Below are positions 50,100 to 58,690 of a DNA stretch of 64,000 nucleotides, piece by piece. This DNA comes from a virus. The position numbers and the translations under genes were made by a program. How positions within the stretch are numbered: the stretch's first letter is position 1; each line of letters starts with the position of its first letter. Below the pieces are notes generated by a model. That model worked only from the letters and a program-made list of their open reading frames with translations, was not told the origin of the DNA and did no database searches. The stretch spans positions 43,951-107,950 of the IMG/VR virus record IMGVR_UViG_3300012663_000526, one strand, 5' to 3'.

Positions 50100-50410
50100 T
50101 GTCAGAGCGTGGAGAAGTAAAGCGTGATGGAGCTAAAGCTCAAAAGAATAGTGGCCGTGGTGATTATCAAAAGGGTGATGCACAGTGGAAACAGTTTCTT
50201 GTAGATTATAAAGAAGCCTCAGCCTCATTTACGCTTAATAAGCCAGTATGGTCAAAGATATGCACAGATACATTTAAAGTCAATAGAGATATGTATCCAG
50301 CACTAAAAATAATACTGGGAACAGATTCCAAAGTAAGACTTGGAATAATTGAATGGGCAATTTTAGAAGAGTTAATTACATTTTGGGAGGATAATCATGG
50401 GGTCAAATAA
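50099..50410 (+). CDS. PD-(D/E)XK nuclease, Holliday-junction-resolvase-like
   Basis: Start ATG 50099; NSGRG..KGDA...LVDYKE. Confidence 0.7.
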   Translation: MSERGEVKRDGAKAQKNSGRGDYQKGDAQWKQFLVDYKEASASFTLNKPVWSKICTDTFKVNRDMYPALKIILGTDSKVRLGIIEWAILEELITFWEDNHGVK

Positions 50411-50540
50411 TAAGCATCCAATGAATAAAACTGTCATAAAGAATGGCAGAATAGTAAGAATTCGTAAGGACGGAGCTATTAAGGCTGATCTAGGTCCATA
50501 CTTAACAGTACATAAGAAGAACTTGGAGAAAAAGAAGTGA
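50397..50540 (+). CDS. Small basic hypothetical protein (47 aa; not in ORF track)
   Basis: SD GGAGG; MGSNNKHPMNKTVIKNGRIVRIRKDGAIKADLGPYLTVHKKNLEKKK. Confidence 0.55.
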   Translation: MGSNNKHPMNKTVIKNGRIVRIRKDGAIKADLGPYLTVHKKNLEKKK

Positions 50541-50650
50541 CAACATTTCTTTTCGGATTACTACTTGGATTTGCTATTGGCTATCCATTCGGATTATTTA
50601 TAGATAGATTGGATAAGCATGTCAGACAAAAGCATACTAGAGCTAATTAG
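50537..50650 (+). CDS. Small membrane protein (37 aa; not in ORF track)
   Basis: GTG start overlapping the upstream TGA; MTTFLFGLLLGFAIGYPFGLFIDRLDKHVRQKHTRAN. Confidence 0.5.
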   Translation: MTTFLFGLLLGFAIGYPFGLFIDRLDKHVRQKHTRAN

Positions 50651-50948
50651 TGATGTAACAGAATTTAACGACCTTCATGATTTAATGAAGGACGAGCAAC
50701 TTGATAGGGCATTGGCAATCATTGTTAAATTAATAATGAATCCTGACATTCCTTCTGCTAAAGCACCAATGCTAATCATTGAGCTACAAGCTATAAGCGC
50801 AAAGCTTACGGTACTGGCTGCCTACTATACTACTATAGCCAGAGACAAGAGCGGAACTTTAAACTATAATAAAAAGAATATTTATTACTCTGCTAAAGAG
50901 GCAATAGATAGACTGGTTGACGCTCTAAAGTATGCTGCGAGAAACTAA
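50619..50948 (+). CDS. Hypothetical helical protein
   Basis: 109 aa in the recombination cluster. Confidence 0.6.
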   Translation: MSDKSILELISDVTEFNDLHDLMKDEQLDRALAIIVKLIMNPDIPSAKAPMLIIELQAISAKLTVLAAYYTTIARDKSGTLNYNKKNIYYSAKEAIDRLVDALKYAARN

Positions 50949-51722
50949 ATGGGTAGAGATTTAGTAACAAATTTAAAATTTAAAAAGACTATGGGCCAAT
51001 TTGATCCCATAGCCTTTGGTCAAATGATGAATGAAGCGTATACTGCAAATAGAAATTTAGATAGATACGCAAAGAAGCATACCTTCTCTCCAAGCACAGT
51101 TGGCTATGGATATGGAATGTGTCCAAGATACTGGTTTATAGCTTTTAATGGTTGCGAGTTTGAGGATAATTTTGATGCAATTGCTATTGCTAATATGGAA
51201 AATGGTAAGCAGGCACATGAAAGAATTCAAACACTACTAGAATCCGCTGGGCTAGCTAAAGAATTAGAAAGAGAAATTCTATGTGATGATCCTCCAATCA
51301 GAGGATTTGCAGATATGATTGTTGACTGGTATGGTACAGAAATTATTGGCGAACTAAAAACTGTTCGTGATGAAGTCTTTGCCGCAAGACAAACTAGCAT
51401 GGCTCCTACTACATCACACTTAATTCAGCTTCTTCTTTATATGTGGGTTGAAAAGCTTGATGAAGGATTCCTAATGTATGAAAATAAGAATAGCAATGAA
51501 ATTCTTATTATGCCAATTAATATGAATGATAGGCATAGAGCGCTTATTGAAAAAACTATTGACTGGATGAGAGTCGTGTACAAAAACTATCAGGCAGGAC
51601 ATCTTCCAGAAAGACCGTTTACAAAGAGCACCCCTACTTGCAAGTACTGTCCAGTAAGAAAAGAATGCTGGTCTGGAGAGCATGGAGATTTAATTATAGA
51701 GAAGCTGGATCTTCCAAAATGA
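50949..51722 (+). CDS. Cas4-like PD-(D/E)XK exonuclease
   Basis: FSPS...CPR, G...HE, GFAD, ELKT, QLLLY, and C-terminal CKYCPVRKEC (four Cys, Fe-S-cluster pattern). Confidence 0.85.
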   Translation: MGRDLVTNLKFKKTMGQFDPIAFGQMMNEAYTANRNLDRYAKKHTFSPSTVGYGYGMCPRYWFIAFNGCEFEDNFDAIAIANMENGKQAHERIQTLLESAGLAKELEREILCDDPPIRGFADMIVDWYGTEIIGELKTVRDEVFAARQTSMAPTTSHLIQLLLYMWVEKLDEGFLMYENKNSNEILIMPINMNDRHRALIEKTIDWMRVVYKNYQAGHLPERPFTKSTPTCKYCPVRKECWSGEHGDLIIEKLDLPK

Positions 51723-52012
51723 TATGTGCTAGATTTGAGTGCTCAGCAACATTTGAGCCAAAGACTCACAATCAAAAGTATTGCTCTGATGAGTGTTGCC
51801 GTATTGCAACTAATAAAAGAATCATGGAAAAATACTATGAGAAGAAGGCCATTAGAAGCGGTGCAGTTAGAATATGCAAGAATAAAGGTTGCGAAAAACA
51901 GCTCAGCAGATATAACTATGAATCAGTATGCTCATCTTGTGAGTCCTCAGCAATAAAGAATGCTAAGAAAAAGTTATTGGATATGATAAATGACGCTGGC
52001 AAAGCTAAATAA
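51719..52012 (+). CDS. Cys-rich zinc-binding protein
   Basis: Start ATG 51719; CARFEC..QKYCSDECC..CKNKGC..CSSC. Confidence 0.65.
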   Translation: MICARFECSATFEPKTHNQKYCSDECCRIATNKRIMEKYYEKKAIRSGAVRICKNKGCEKQLSRYNYESVCSSCESSAIKNAKKKLLDMINDAGKAK

Positions 52013-52559
52013 AGTAAGCGCATCTACCGTAATTGGTATAGACGCATCTACTAATTCTGTAGCATTTTGTCTTTTCAGAGATGGAAAGCCAGAAAGATAT
52101 GGCAAGATTCTTCTTAACGGAATGACAATTTATGAAAAGATAGCTGATGCTAGAAACAAAATTGGTGCATTTAGCGAGGAGCTTAAGGCTGACTATATCG
52201 CAATGGAAGGCGCAATTATGGTCAAGTCTGCAGATGCAGTAATTAAACTTTCTTACGTATACGGAGTCGTTCTTGCAGAGCTTATGCAGTATAACCCAGA
52301 GGTTATAACTGTTGCTCCCATATCCTGGCAGTCATATATTGGAAATAAAAACCTTACTAATGACGAAAAGAACGGCATAAAGATAACAAACCCAGGTAAA
52401 ACAGACTCCTGGTATAAAACCAAGCAAAGAGAAATTAGAAAGCAAAGAACTGTTGATTGGGTTAAAAGATCATTTGGCATTGATCTAGATGACTTTGATG
52501 TTGCTGATGCAGTTGGGATAGCTTTCTTTGCACAAAAGACTTTGACGGAGAAGAAGTGA
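51990..52559 (+). CDS. ruvC: RuvC-like Holliday junction resolvase
   Basis: VIGIDAS, IAMEG, DVADAVGIA catalytic pattern. Confidence 0.8.
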   Translation: MTLAKLNKVSASTVIGIDASTNSVAFCLFRDGKPERYGKILLNGMTIYEKIADARNKIGAFSEELKADYIAMEGAIMVKSADAVIKLSYVYGVVLAELMQYNPEVITVAPISWQSYIGNKNLTNDEKNGIKITNPGKTDSWYKTKQREIRKQRTVDWVKRSFGIDLDDFDVADAVGIAFFAQKTLTEKK

Positions 52560-52717
52560 AACTATATCAAAGCAAAGACTATTTATTTAGAAGATATGTA
52601 CTTCAAAAGAAAACAATAAAGGAGATAGCAGAAGAATGTCAGGTATCACATATGACAATCCAGAGATATCTGGAAGACTTTGGTCTGATAAAGAATCAGA
52701 GGAAGTGGAAAAGGTAG
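52556..52717 (+). CDS. Small HTH protein (53 aa; not in ORF track)
   Basis: GTG coupled to the ruvC stop, SD GGAG; KKTIKEIAEECQVSHMTIQRYLEDFGL. Confidence 0.7.
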   Translation: MKLYQSKDYLFRRYVLQKKTIKEIAEECQVSHMTIQRYLEDFGLIKNQRKWKR

Positions 52718-53466
52718 AAACTATCTACCCAATAACTATGGCTAAAACCAATTATGGGTTTAGCCTATATGTCGTCGATGGAGATGATCACGTAGGTGCA
52801 AACATTCAGAAGCTTGGATTCTGGGAGCCAGAGACAACTAATTGGCTAATAAAAAATGTGCAGGAGTCAGATACTTGCCTAGATATTGGTATGAATATAG
52901 GATACTTTACTGAGATTATGGCTAGAGCGGTAGGTCCATTCGGCAGAGTTTTCTCGTTTGAAGCCAACAAAGAGTTGGTAAATGTATATGAGAAAACAAT
53001 TCTAGAGTCAGACAATGATTATGAAGTTACTGGAGCAATCAATCTATTTGATATCGGGCTGTCTGATGAAACAAAAGAAGCTTTTATATTAGTTCCAAGA
53101 TCCAATATTGGCGGAGCAGGAATAAGTGATGAAGATAGCGTAGTAGATGGCATGAATAGCCTACCAGTAATGCTTGATAGGATAGAGAATGTTCTAGATG
53201 ATATTGCTATTGAAGAGATAGACATCATAAAGATGGATATTGAAGGCCATGAGGAAAAGGTTTGGGATACTTTAGAAAAGCCATTAAAATCATGTCGTGC
53301 TGCTATTGTTGAACTTGGCCCATATCACTCAGAAGAGTTTTTAAATAAAGTATCATCTCAATTTAACATGTATAGATTAGTTAATGATGAAGAGATGGAA
53401 ATAGTAGTTGGAGATATTACTTCTGCACCACATCATATGAATGTAGTGCTAAGGCATAAATCTTAG
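52705..53466 (+). CDS. FkbM-family SAM-dependent methyltransferase
   Basis: WEPETT, CLDIGMNIGYFT, VFSFEAN, IDIIKMDIEGHE; probable start GTG 52705. Confidence 0.85.
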   Translation: MEKVETIYPITMAKTNYGFSLYVVDGDDHVGANIQKLGFWEPETTNWLIKNVQESDTCLDIGMNIGYFTEIMARAVGPFGRVFSFEANKELVNVYEKTILESDNDYEVTGAINLFDIGLSDETKEAFILVPRSNIGGAGISDEDSVVDGMNSLPVMLDRIENVLDDIAIEEIDIIKMDIEGHEEKVWDTLEKPLKSCRAAIVELGPYHSEEFLNKVSSQFNMYRLVNDEEMEIVVGDITSAPHHMNVVLRHKS

Positions 53467-53476
53467 TTAATTAGCT

Positions 53477-53505
53477 TTGACATTTTAGTTGACTAAGAGT
53501 ATACT
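53477..53505 (+). promoter_or_regulatory. SigmaA-type promoter for the terminase operon
   Basis: TTGACA-17-TATACT; SD AGGAG before 53527. Confidence 0.7.
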
Positions 53506-53526
53506 TTATATAGAACAGGAGATAGT

Positions 53527-54096
53527 ATGTCTGAAATAGAATTAGCAGAACGTTTTGACCGTATGAATAAAGTCGTAGAACAAATGCTCATGGGCAATAG
53601 CGCTACACAAATTTCAAAGACTCTATCGCTTTCACGTAAAGATGTTTTAGAGCTTATTGAAGAGTGGAAGACTGTTGTTCGTGATGACTCTAGCGCTAGA
53701 GATCGTGCAAAAGAAGCAGTTGCTGGAGCAGACCAACACTACGCAATGCTTATTAAAGAGGCCTGGAAGACCGTAGACGATGCAGATCAAGCTGGTCAGC
53801 TAAACGTTAAGGCTACTACATTAAAGCTTATTGCAGACATTGAACAAAAAAGAATTGCTATGCTTCAACAGCTTGGGCTATTAGACAACGCAGAGCTTGC
53901 TAGCCATCTGGCGGAAACAGAAAGAAAGCAAGACATACTTATTGGAATATTAAAAGATATATCTTCAGAGTATCCGCAAGTAAGAAATGAAATTATGCGT
54001 AGGCTTTCTCAGATATCTAATCAAGTTGAAGAAGTAATTGTTTCAGAAGGAAACAATGTAACGAGCCTTAGAAATGTGAGCGAAGATGTCGTTTAA
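53527..54096 (+). CDS. Probable terminase small subunit (HTH plus helical)
   Basis: N-terminal HTH (GNSATQISKTLSLSRKDV), overlapping the terL start. Confidence 0.6.
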   Translation: MSEIELAERFDRMNKVVEQMLMGNSATQISKTLSLSRKDVLELIEEWKTVVRDDSSARDRAKEAVAGADQHYAMLIKEAWKTVDDADQAGQLNVKATTLKLIADIEQKRIAMLQQLGLLDNAELASHLAETERKQDILIGILKDISSEYPQVRNEIMRRLSQISNQVEEVIVSEGNNVTSLRNVSEDVV

Positions 54097-55864
54097 TTTC
54101 TCAGACATAATTGATATCCTTGATGGAGAAGAGTTTGAAGAGCGCCCAGTAGAGCTGGATGAATTTGTTGTAAGCAATGAGTATCTTGGGCTACCACCAT
54201 TGTCCGAATACCAATATATGCTTATAAGAGCAAGCTCTCAGATATACAAGAGAGCGACACTAAATAAACTCTATGGTGAAGAAGCTGGCGAGAAACGCTG
54301 GAAAGAAACAGTTAATGAGGTAGTCGCACAACTAGGAAAAGGTTCTGGAAAAGACTACTGCTCAACTATTGCGGTTGCTTATATTGTTTATCTTTTGCTA
54401 TGCTTAAAAGACCCAGCAAAATATTTTGGTAAGCCTCCTGGAGACTCAATTGATCTTATAAATATTGCTGTTAACGCTCAGCAGGCAAAGAACGTTTTCT
54501 TTAAAGGCTTAAAGACTAGAATCGATAAGTCACCTTGGTTTGCAGGTAAGTATGTACCAAAGGCTGACGTTATTGAGTTTGATAAGGGAATCAGCTGTCA
54601 CTCAGGACACTCAGAAAGAGAAGCTTTTGAGGGATACAACGCACTTGTAGTTATCCTTGATGAGATTTCTGGATTTAGTATTGACAATACAACAGGCCAC
54701 GAACAAGCAAAAACGGCTGGTGCTATATACGATATGTACAGAGCATCAGTAGATTCACGTTTCCCAGACTTTGGTAAGGTAATTCTTCTATCATTCCCAC
54801 GCTATAAGAACGATTATATCCAACAAAGATACGAGGCTGTTGTAGCGCAAAAAGAAGTAAAGGTATTGAGTCATAAATTTAAGATGGACGAAGATCTTCA
54901 GGATGGTGTAGATGGTAACGAATTTACTGTTGAGTGGGAAGAAGATCAAATAATATCTTACAAGATTCCAAAGACCTTTGCATTGCGTAGACCAACCTGG
55001 CAGATTAATCCAACTAGAACTATTGATGATTTTAAGGTAGCATTCTATACAAATCCAACTGACGCACTATCACGCTTTGCATGTATGCCACCAGAAGCAG
55101 TAGACGCTTTCTTTAAGTCAAGAGAAAAGATTGAGGCTGCATTTGTTTTGAATAATGGAGTAGACAACTCCACTGGAAGATTTGAAGAAGCCCTAAAGCC
55201 GTTGGACGATATGGAATATTTTGTTCATGTTGACTTAGCTCAAAAGCATGACCACTGTGCAGTATCTATGTCTCACGTAAGTGAGTGGGTAAAGATTAGA
55301 TCATTTAATGATTATGAGCAGGTAGCCCCTAAAGTTATTGTTGATGCAGTAAGATGGTGGACTCCTACTTCAGATAAGTCTGTTGATTTTACTGAGGTCA
55401 AAGATTATATTATTTCTCTTAAGTCTAGAGGTTTTAATATTAAGGCTGTGACTTTTGATAGATGGAACTCACACGATATGATGCAGCAAATTAAAAATTA
55501 TAATATACATACAGAGATCCTATCAGTAGCAAAGAAGCACTATGAGGATATGGCTTTAGGTATTATGGAAGAGAGAATAAAGGGTCCAGATATCAAGCTT
55601 CTCATAGACGAACTATTGCAACTAAGAATTATGAGAGATAAAGTAGACCACCCTAGAAAGGGCTCTAAAGACCTTGCAGACGCTGTATGTGGGTCAATAT
55701 ACAATGCCATATCAAGATCACAGAAAGGCGATAGAGAAATTAATATTCACACTTGGGCTGGAAGTAAAGAAGATAATGTAAATAGCAACGTAACTAAAGA
55801 TGGAGTACCTAAGAAGATGCCAGCAGAACTCTTAGATGCAATATCGGGAATGAGTATACTATGA
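54086..55864 (+). CDS. terL: Terminase large subunit
   Basis: Walker A LGKGSGKD, Walker B VVILDE, LLSFP coupling motif; nuclease HVDLA, TFDRW, DHP..GSKDLADA. Confidence 0.9.
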   Translation: MSFNFSDIIDILDGEEFEERPVELDEFVVSNEYLGLPPLSEYQYMLIRASSQIYKRATLNKLYGEEAGEKRWKETVNEVVAQLGKGSGKDYCSTIAVAYIVYLLLCLKDPAKYFGKPPGDSIDLINIAVNAQQAKNVFFKGLKTRIDKSPWFAGKYVPKADVIEFDKGISCHSGHSEREAFEGYNALVVILDEISGFSIDNTTGHEQAKTAGAIYDMYRASVDSRFPDFGKVILLSFPRYKNDYIQQRYEAVVAQKEVKVLSHKFKMDEDLQDGVDGNEFTVEWEEDQIISYKIPKTFALRRPTWQINPTRTIDDFKVAFYTNPTDALSRFACMPPEAVDAFFKSREKIEAAFVLNNGVDNSTGRFEEALKPLDDMEYFVHVDLAQKHDHCAVSMSHVSEWVKIRSFNDYEQVAPKVIVDAVRWWTPTSDKSVDFTEVKDYIISLKSRGFNIKAVTFDRWNSHDMMQQIKNYNIHTEILSVAKKHYEDMALGIMEERIKGPDIKLLIDELLQLRIMRDKVDHPRKGSKDLADAVCGSIYNAISRSQKGDREINIHTWAGSKEDNVNSNVTKDGVPKKMPAELLDAISGMSIL

Positions 55865-56115
55865 GTAAGTATGTAAGCACTAAATTCAATGGCATGATGT
55901 GTGCCTGTGTTGGTAAGCATGTTCCGCTTCCAGTGACACTTGAAAACTATGAGGGTAATCATTTATGTCCAACAACATATAATAATGTTATTGAATATAA
56001 AAAGATTTGGGAAGTCCTAGGCAATGAACCACCTGGAAGTATTAGAAAACATTTTAGCGAATTTGTACAGGATCTAGTAAGATCAAGTATAGACAAATCC
56101 AAGCAACTGTTGTAG
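55861..56115 (+). CDS. Hypothetical protein
   Basis: 84 aa coupled to terL; CACVGKH..LCP. Confidence 0.55.
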   Translation: MSKYVSTKFNGMMCACVGKHVPLPVTLENYEGNHLCPTTYNNVIEYKKIWEVLGNEPPGSIRKHFSEFVQDLVRSSIDKSKQLL

Positions 56116-56118
56116 AAT
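56090..56118 (+). promoter_or_regulatory. SigmaA-type promoter for tRNA(CAT)
   Basis: TAGACA-17-TAGAAT, 8 nt before the tRNA. Confidence 0.55.
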
Positions 56119-56126
56119 AGTATAAG

Positions 56127-56200
56127 GCGGCAGTAGCTTAGTCGGTTAAAGCCCCGAACTCATAATTCGGTAATCGTAGGTTCGAGTCCTACCTGCCGCA
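56127..56200 (+). tRNA. tRNA with anticodon CAT (elongator Met or lysidine Ile2)
   Basis: Acceptor GCGGCAG/CTGCCGC; anticodon arm CCGAA-CTCATAA-TTCGG; T arm GTAGG-TTCGAGT-CCTAC; CCA not encoded. Confidence 0.9.
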
Positions 56201-56217
56201 CAAAGAAAGGAGTAATC

Positions 56218-56319
56218 ATGGCTAACAAAGAACAAAAAGGCAACGCTAATAAAAAGAAAGAGCCTAAGCTCTCTCTAAAAGAAAAACGTGCAAAGAAGCA
56301 AGAGAAGAAGAACAAGTAG
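56218..56319 (+). CDS. Very small Lys-rich protein (33 aa; not in ORF track)
   Basis: Strong SD AAGGAG; MANKEQKGNANKKKEPKLSLKEKRAKKQEKKNK. Confidence 0.65.
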   Translation: MANKEQKGNANKKKEPKLSLKEKRAKKQEKKNK

Positions 56320-56331
56320 TATAATTGTATT

Positions 56332-56437
56332 ACCATAGTTTGTGGATGAGCCACAGCTCTGGTCCTGGCCAACGTGCTTGTAGGTACCTTGGGATGGAAG
56401 ACTAGTTACTGCTGCCCAGCCTTCGGGCTGGGCAGTA
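56332..56437 (+). ncRNA. Candidate structured non-coding RNA
   Basis: TATAAT at 56320-56325; GC-rich intergenic segment with three nested or adjacent stems and a terminal 11-bp cUUCGg hairpin. Confidence 0.45.
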
Positions 56438-56452
56438 CTATAAGGAAGGCAC

Positions 56453-56782
56453 ATGGAAGATTTCGAAATGAGCGAAGACGGCTTTGATCAGATGATGGAG
56501 CACTATGTTGAAATAGGTGCTGTGACTGTCAACGGAATAGATAAGACTGGTAATTTTATTTATGTTATTACAGATAAAGCAAAAGAATTAGCTCCAGATT
56601 TATGGGAAGTTCATCACGAAATGATTGATGAGGCTTTAATAGGATTGTTTGAGCAGGGTCTTATTGATGTAGAATATGACGAAGATCTAAATGCCAATAT
56701 GAAAATATCAGATGCGGCTAGAGAAGTTATGTATCAACTAGGATACGTAGATATGGAAAATTTGGATGACCCAGACAACTAG
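56453..56782 (+). CDS. Hypothetical acidic protein
   Basis: 109 aa; SD AAGGAAGG. Confidence 0.6.
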   Translation: MEDFEMSEDGFDQMMEHYVEIGAVTVNGIDKTGNFIYVITDKAKELAPDLWEVHHEMIDEALIGLFEQGLIDVEYDEDLNANMKISDAAREVMYQLGYVDMENLDDPDN

Positions 56783-57104
56783 AGACAGATATTATGCGGA
56801 CCTAGAAAGACTATTACCAACAAAAAGAAAAGATAAGACTGGTCACAAAAGGCGATTCATTCAAGAATATAAAAATAATAAGCCGTGTGCAGATTGCCAA
56901 GTCGTACTACCTTGGTATATAATGGAATATGATCATGTTAGGGGAGAAAAAATAGCTAACCTAACTAAAATGTATGCAACGCATACAATGGAAGAGATAG
57001 TAGAAGAAATTGCTAAGTGTGACATTGTTTGTTCTAATTGTCACAAGCATCGTACTTGGGTGTCCATGATTGGACAAGATAGGGCAGGAAATGAAAAAGA
57101 TTGA
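56766..57104 (+). CDS. HNH-type (CxxC...H...CxxCH) endonuclease-like protein
   Basis: PCADC...MEYDHVRG...EIAKCDIVCSNCHKHRT. Confidence 0.8.
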   Translation: MTQTTRDRYYADLERLLPTKRKDKTGHKRRFIQEYKNNKPCADCQVVLPWYIMEYDHVRGEKIANLTKMYATHTMEEIVEEIAKCDIVCSNCHKHRTWVSMIGQDRAGNEKD

Positions 57105-57318
57105 GCTGACAGAAAACCAAGCAAAACAACTAGAGTCGTTTGTGGAAGACCATATGAATGGTTGCTATATGATGCTACATGACGAAGAGGATGTAAGAGA
57201 AGACTTTGAGTCATATGGAGCTTATTGTGGATGCCAAACTTGTGATACAAGAGAGCATCTGATGGCAACATTTGATTGGCTAAGATCTCAAAATATTGTT
57301 GACGTTTACGTCAACTAA
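57091..57318 (+). CDS. Hypothetical protein
   Basis: ATG 57091; YCGCQTC motif. Confidence 0.55.
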   Translation: MKKIELTENQAKQLESFVEDHMNGCYMMLHDEEDVREDFESYGAYCGCQTCDTREHLMATFDWLRSQNIVDVYVN

Positions 57319-57323
57319 GATAT

Positions 57324-57396
57324 GCCTCTGTAGCTCAGGGGATAGAGCGACGGACTTCTAATCCGCAGGCCGCAGGTTCGATTCCTGCCAGGGGCA
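57324..57396 (+). tRNA. tRNA-Arg(TCT)
   Basis: Acceptor GCCTCTG/CAGGGGC; anticodon loop CTTCTAA; T arm GCAGG-TTCGATT-CCTGC. Confidence 0.92.
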
Positions 57397-57399
57397 CTA

Positions 57400-57428
57400 T
57401 TGACAGTGCATAATAAAGAGAGTATAAT
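57400..57428 (+). promoter_or_regulatory. Perfect consensus sigmaA promoter
   Basis: TTGACA-17-TATAAT; SD AAGGAG before 57451. Confidence 0.8.
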
Positions 57429-57450
57429 TAAAATATAACAAGGAGTCAAT

Positions 57451-57801
57451 ATGATATCAGATAGCAGATTTGCAAAAGCCCAGGGGCCATGCTGGGAAGG
57501 CTACGAAATGGTTGGATACAAGACCGAGAATGGTAAGAAAGTTCCAAATTGTGTGCCAGTAAATTCCACAAAAAAATCAGACTCTGTGGGCTACGAAGTA
57601 GTTGCAAGCCATCCAAGATGTGAAGGACCAGCTCTTGTTGAAACAAACGGAACAAATGTACTATGCTACGGAAGCATGGAAGAAGCACAAGCAGCACTAG
57701 CAGATATGGGCCGTGAAGCGGAACCAGCATCAGTAAGACCTGATGATATGAGTAAGATTTGGAAAGGATCAGGCTTTGAAACTCCTAGATGCTGCCCCTG
57801 A
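57451..57801 (+). CDS. Hypothetical protein with a CWxGY...VPNCVP motif; candidate internal head protein
   Basis: CWEGYEMVGYKTENGKKVPNCVP; near C-terminal MSKIWKGSGF resembles the scaffold tail. Confidence 0.6.
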   Translation: MISDSRFAKAQGPCWEGYEMVGYKTENGKKVPNCVPVNSTKKSDSVGYEVVASHPRCEGPALVETNGTNVLCYGSMEEAQAALADMGREAEPASVRPDDMSKIWKGSGFETPRCCP

Positions 57802-58003
57802 AATAGAAGAGATTGAACTTAAAGTAACAGATAGGTGTGATGCATGCCAAGCGCAAGCATTTGTTTATCTAAAAGGAGTTACTGGTGAGTTATATTTTTG
57901 TGGCCACCACTATGCAAAAAACGAAGAAAAGCTAAAGTCCTGGGCATTTACAATCATTGATGCTCGTGATACAATTAATAGCAAGCCAGATTCAAGCAAC
58001 TAA
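57776..58003 (+). CDS. Small Zn-binding protein of an actinobacterial type
   Basis: DRCDACQAQAFV...GELYFCGHHY..NEEKL. Confidence 0.65.
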   Translation: MKLLDAAPEIEEIELKVTDRCDACQAQAFVYLKGVTGELYFCGHHYAKNEEKLKSWAFTIIDARDTINSKPDSSN

Positions 58004-58018
58004 GAGAACGGATATGCG

Positions 58019-58489
58019 GTGCAAACATTTTTACCATACAGCGATTTTGACGAATGCGCTTCAGTTTTAGATTCACGTAGATTAAACAAACAGTTATTAG
58101 AGGGTAGACAAATCCTTAACTCTTTGGCTGGAATCTCAAAGGGTTGGCGTAATCATCCAGCAGTTAAAATGTGGGCTGGGTCAGAATTAGTTCTATATAA
58201 TTACCTAAATGCTATTGCTAAAGAATGCTATACTCGTGGAATTAAGTTTAAGAATAATCTAGATGCAATTGATCAAACAATTGATACTCATTTTCAGGCG
58301 GTAGAGTTTAATAATCGCCCATTTTGGATGAAAGACCAAACACTTTTACGAAGAGTAAATGCAACACATCAAGCTAATCTATATAGAAAGGATAGCCACG
58401 AATACGCACTATTTCAGTCAGCATACGATGATGTAAACAATGATCCATGCTGTGATACATGTAGCTATTTTTGGCCAACCCACGAATAA
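58019..58489 (+). CDS. Pyrimidine dimer DNA glycosylase (DenV-like, MSMEG_6728 family)
   Basis: MQTFLPY.DF...LD.RRL.KQ..E..QIL...GWRNHPAVKMW...HQANLYRKD. Confidence 0.85.
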   Translation: MQTFLPYSDFDECASVLDSRRLNKQLLEGRQILNSLAGISKGWRNHPAVKMWAGSELVLYNYLNAIAKECYTRGIKFKNNLDAIDQTIDTHFQAVEFNNRPFWMKDQTLLRRVNATHQANLYRKDSHEYALFQSAYDDVNNDPCCDTCSYFWPTHE

Positions 58490-58690
58490 ATGCCAAAGTA
58501 CCAATATAAATGTGACTGTGACGTAAGCGTAGCAGTTGAAGATAATATGCATGAATTTGAGAGATCAATCATGGAGGACGAGCCAGAGTATCCTTGCGGA
58601 TATTGTGGTAAAAATATGGTAAGAGTTTATACACCATTTGGTATTAAGTTTAATGGGCCTGGCTTTTATAAAACGGACTCACAAAAGTAA
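58490..58690 (+). CDS. FmdB-family zinc ribbon protein
   Basis: MPKYQYKC...CGYCG..M.RVY....IKFNGPGFYKTD. Confidence 0.8.
   Translation: MPKYQYKCDCDVSVAVEDNMHEFERSIMEDEPEYPCGYCGKNMVRVYTPFGIKFNGPGFYKTDSQK

Noticed and set aside
50949-51722. Cas4-like gene as a sign of CRISPR-Cas
   Set aside because: No repeat-spacer array or other cas genes are visible. Solo Cas4-like nucleases are common in phage recombination modules.
52636-52704. ORF-track start for the methyltransferase
   Set aside because: This stretch is better explained by the HTH gene 52556..52717 in another frame. GTG 52705 or a later ATG is more plausible.
41657-55864. Inteins or introns in dnaB, dnaE, recA or terL
   Set aside because: Lengths are ordinary, motifs are contiguous, and no intein C/S...HN-C/S/T blocks or LAGLIDADG motifs were seen.
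53527-55864. Terminase far from the portal as a novelty or misassembly
   Set aside because: A displaced terminase after the replication module is a known layout in large BE/BK-like actinophages, and the flanking genes are continuous.
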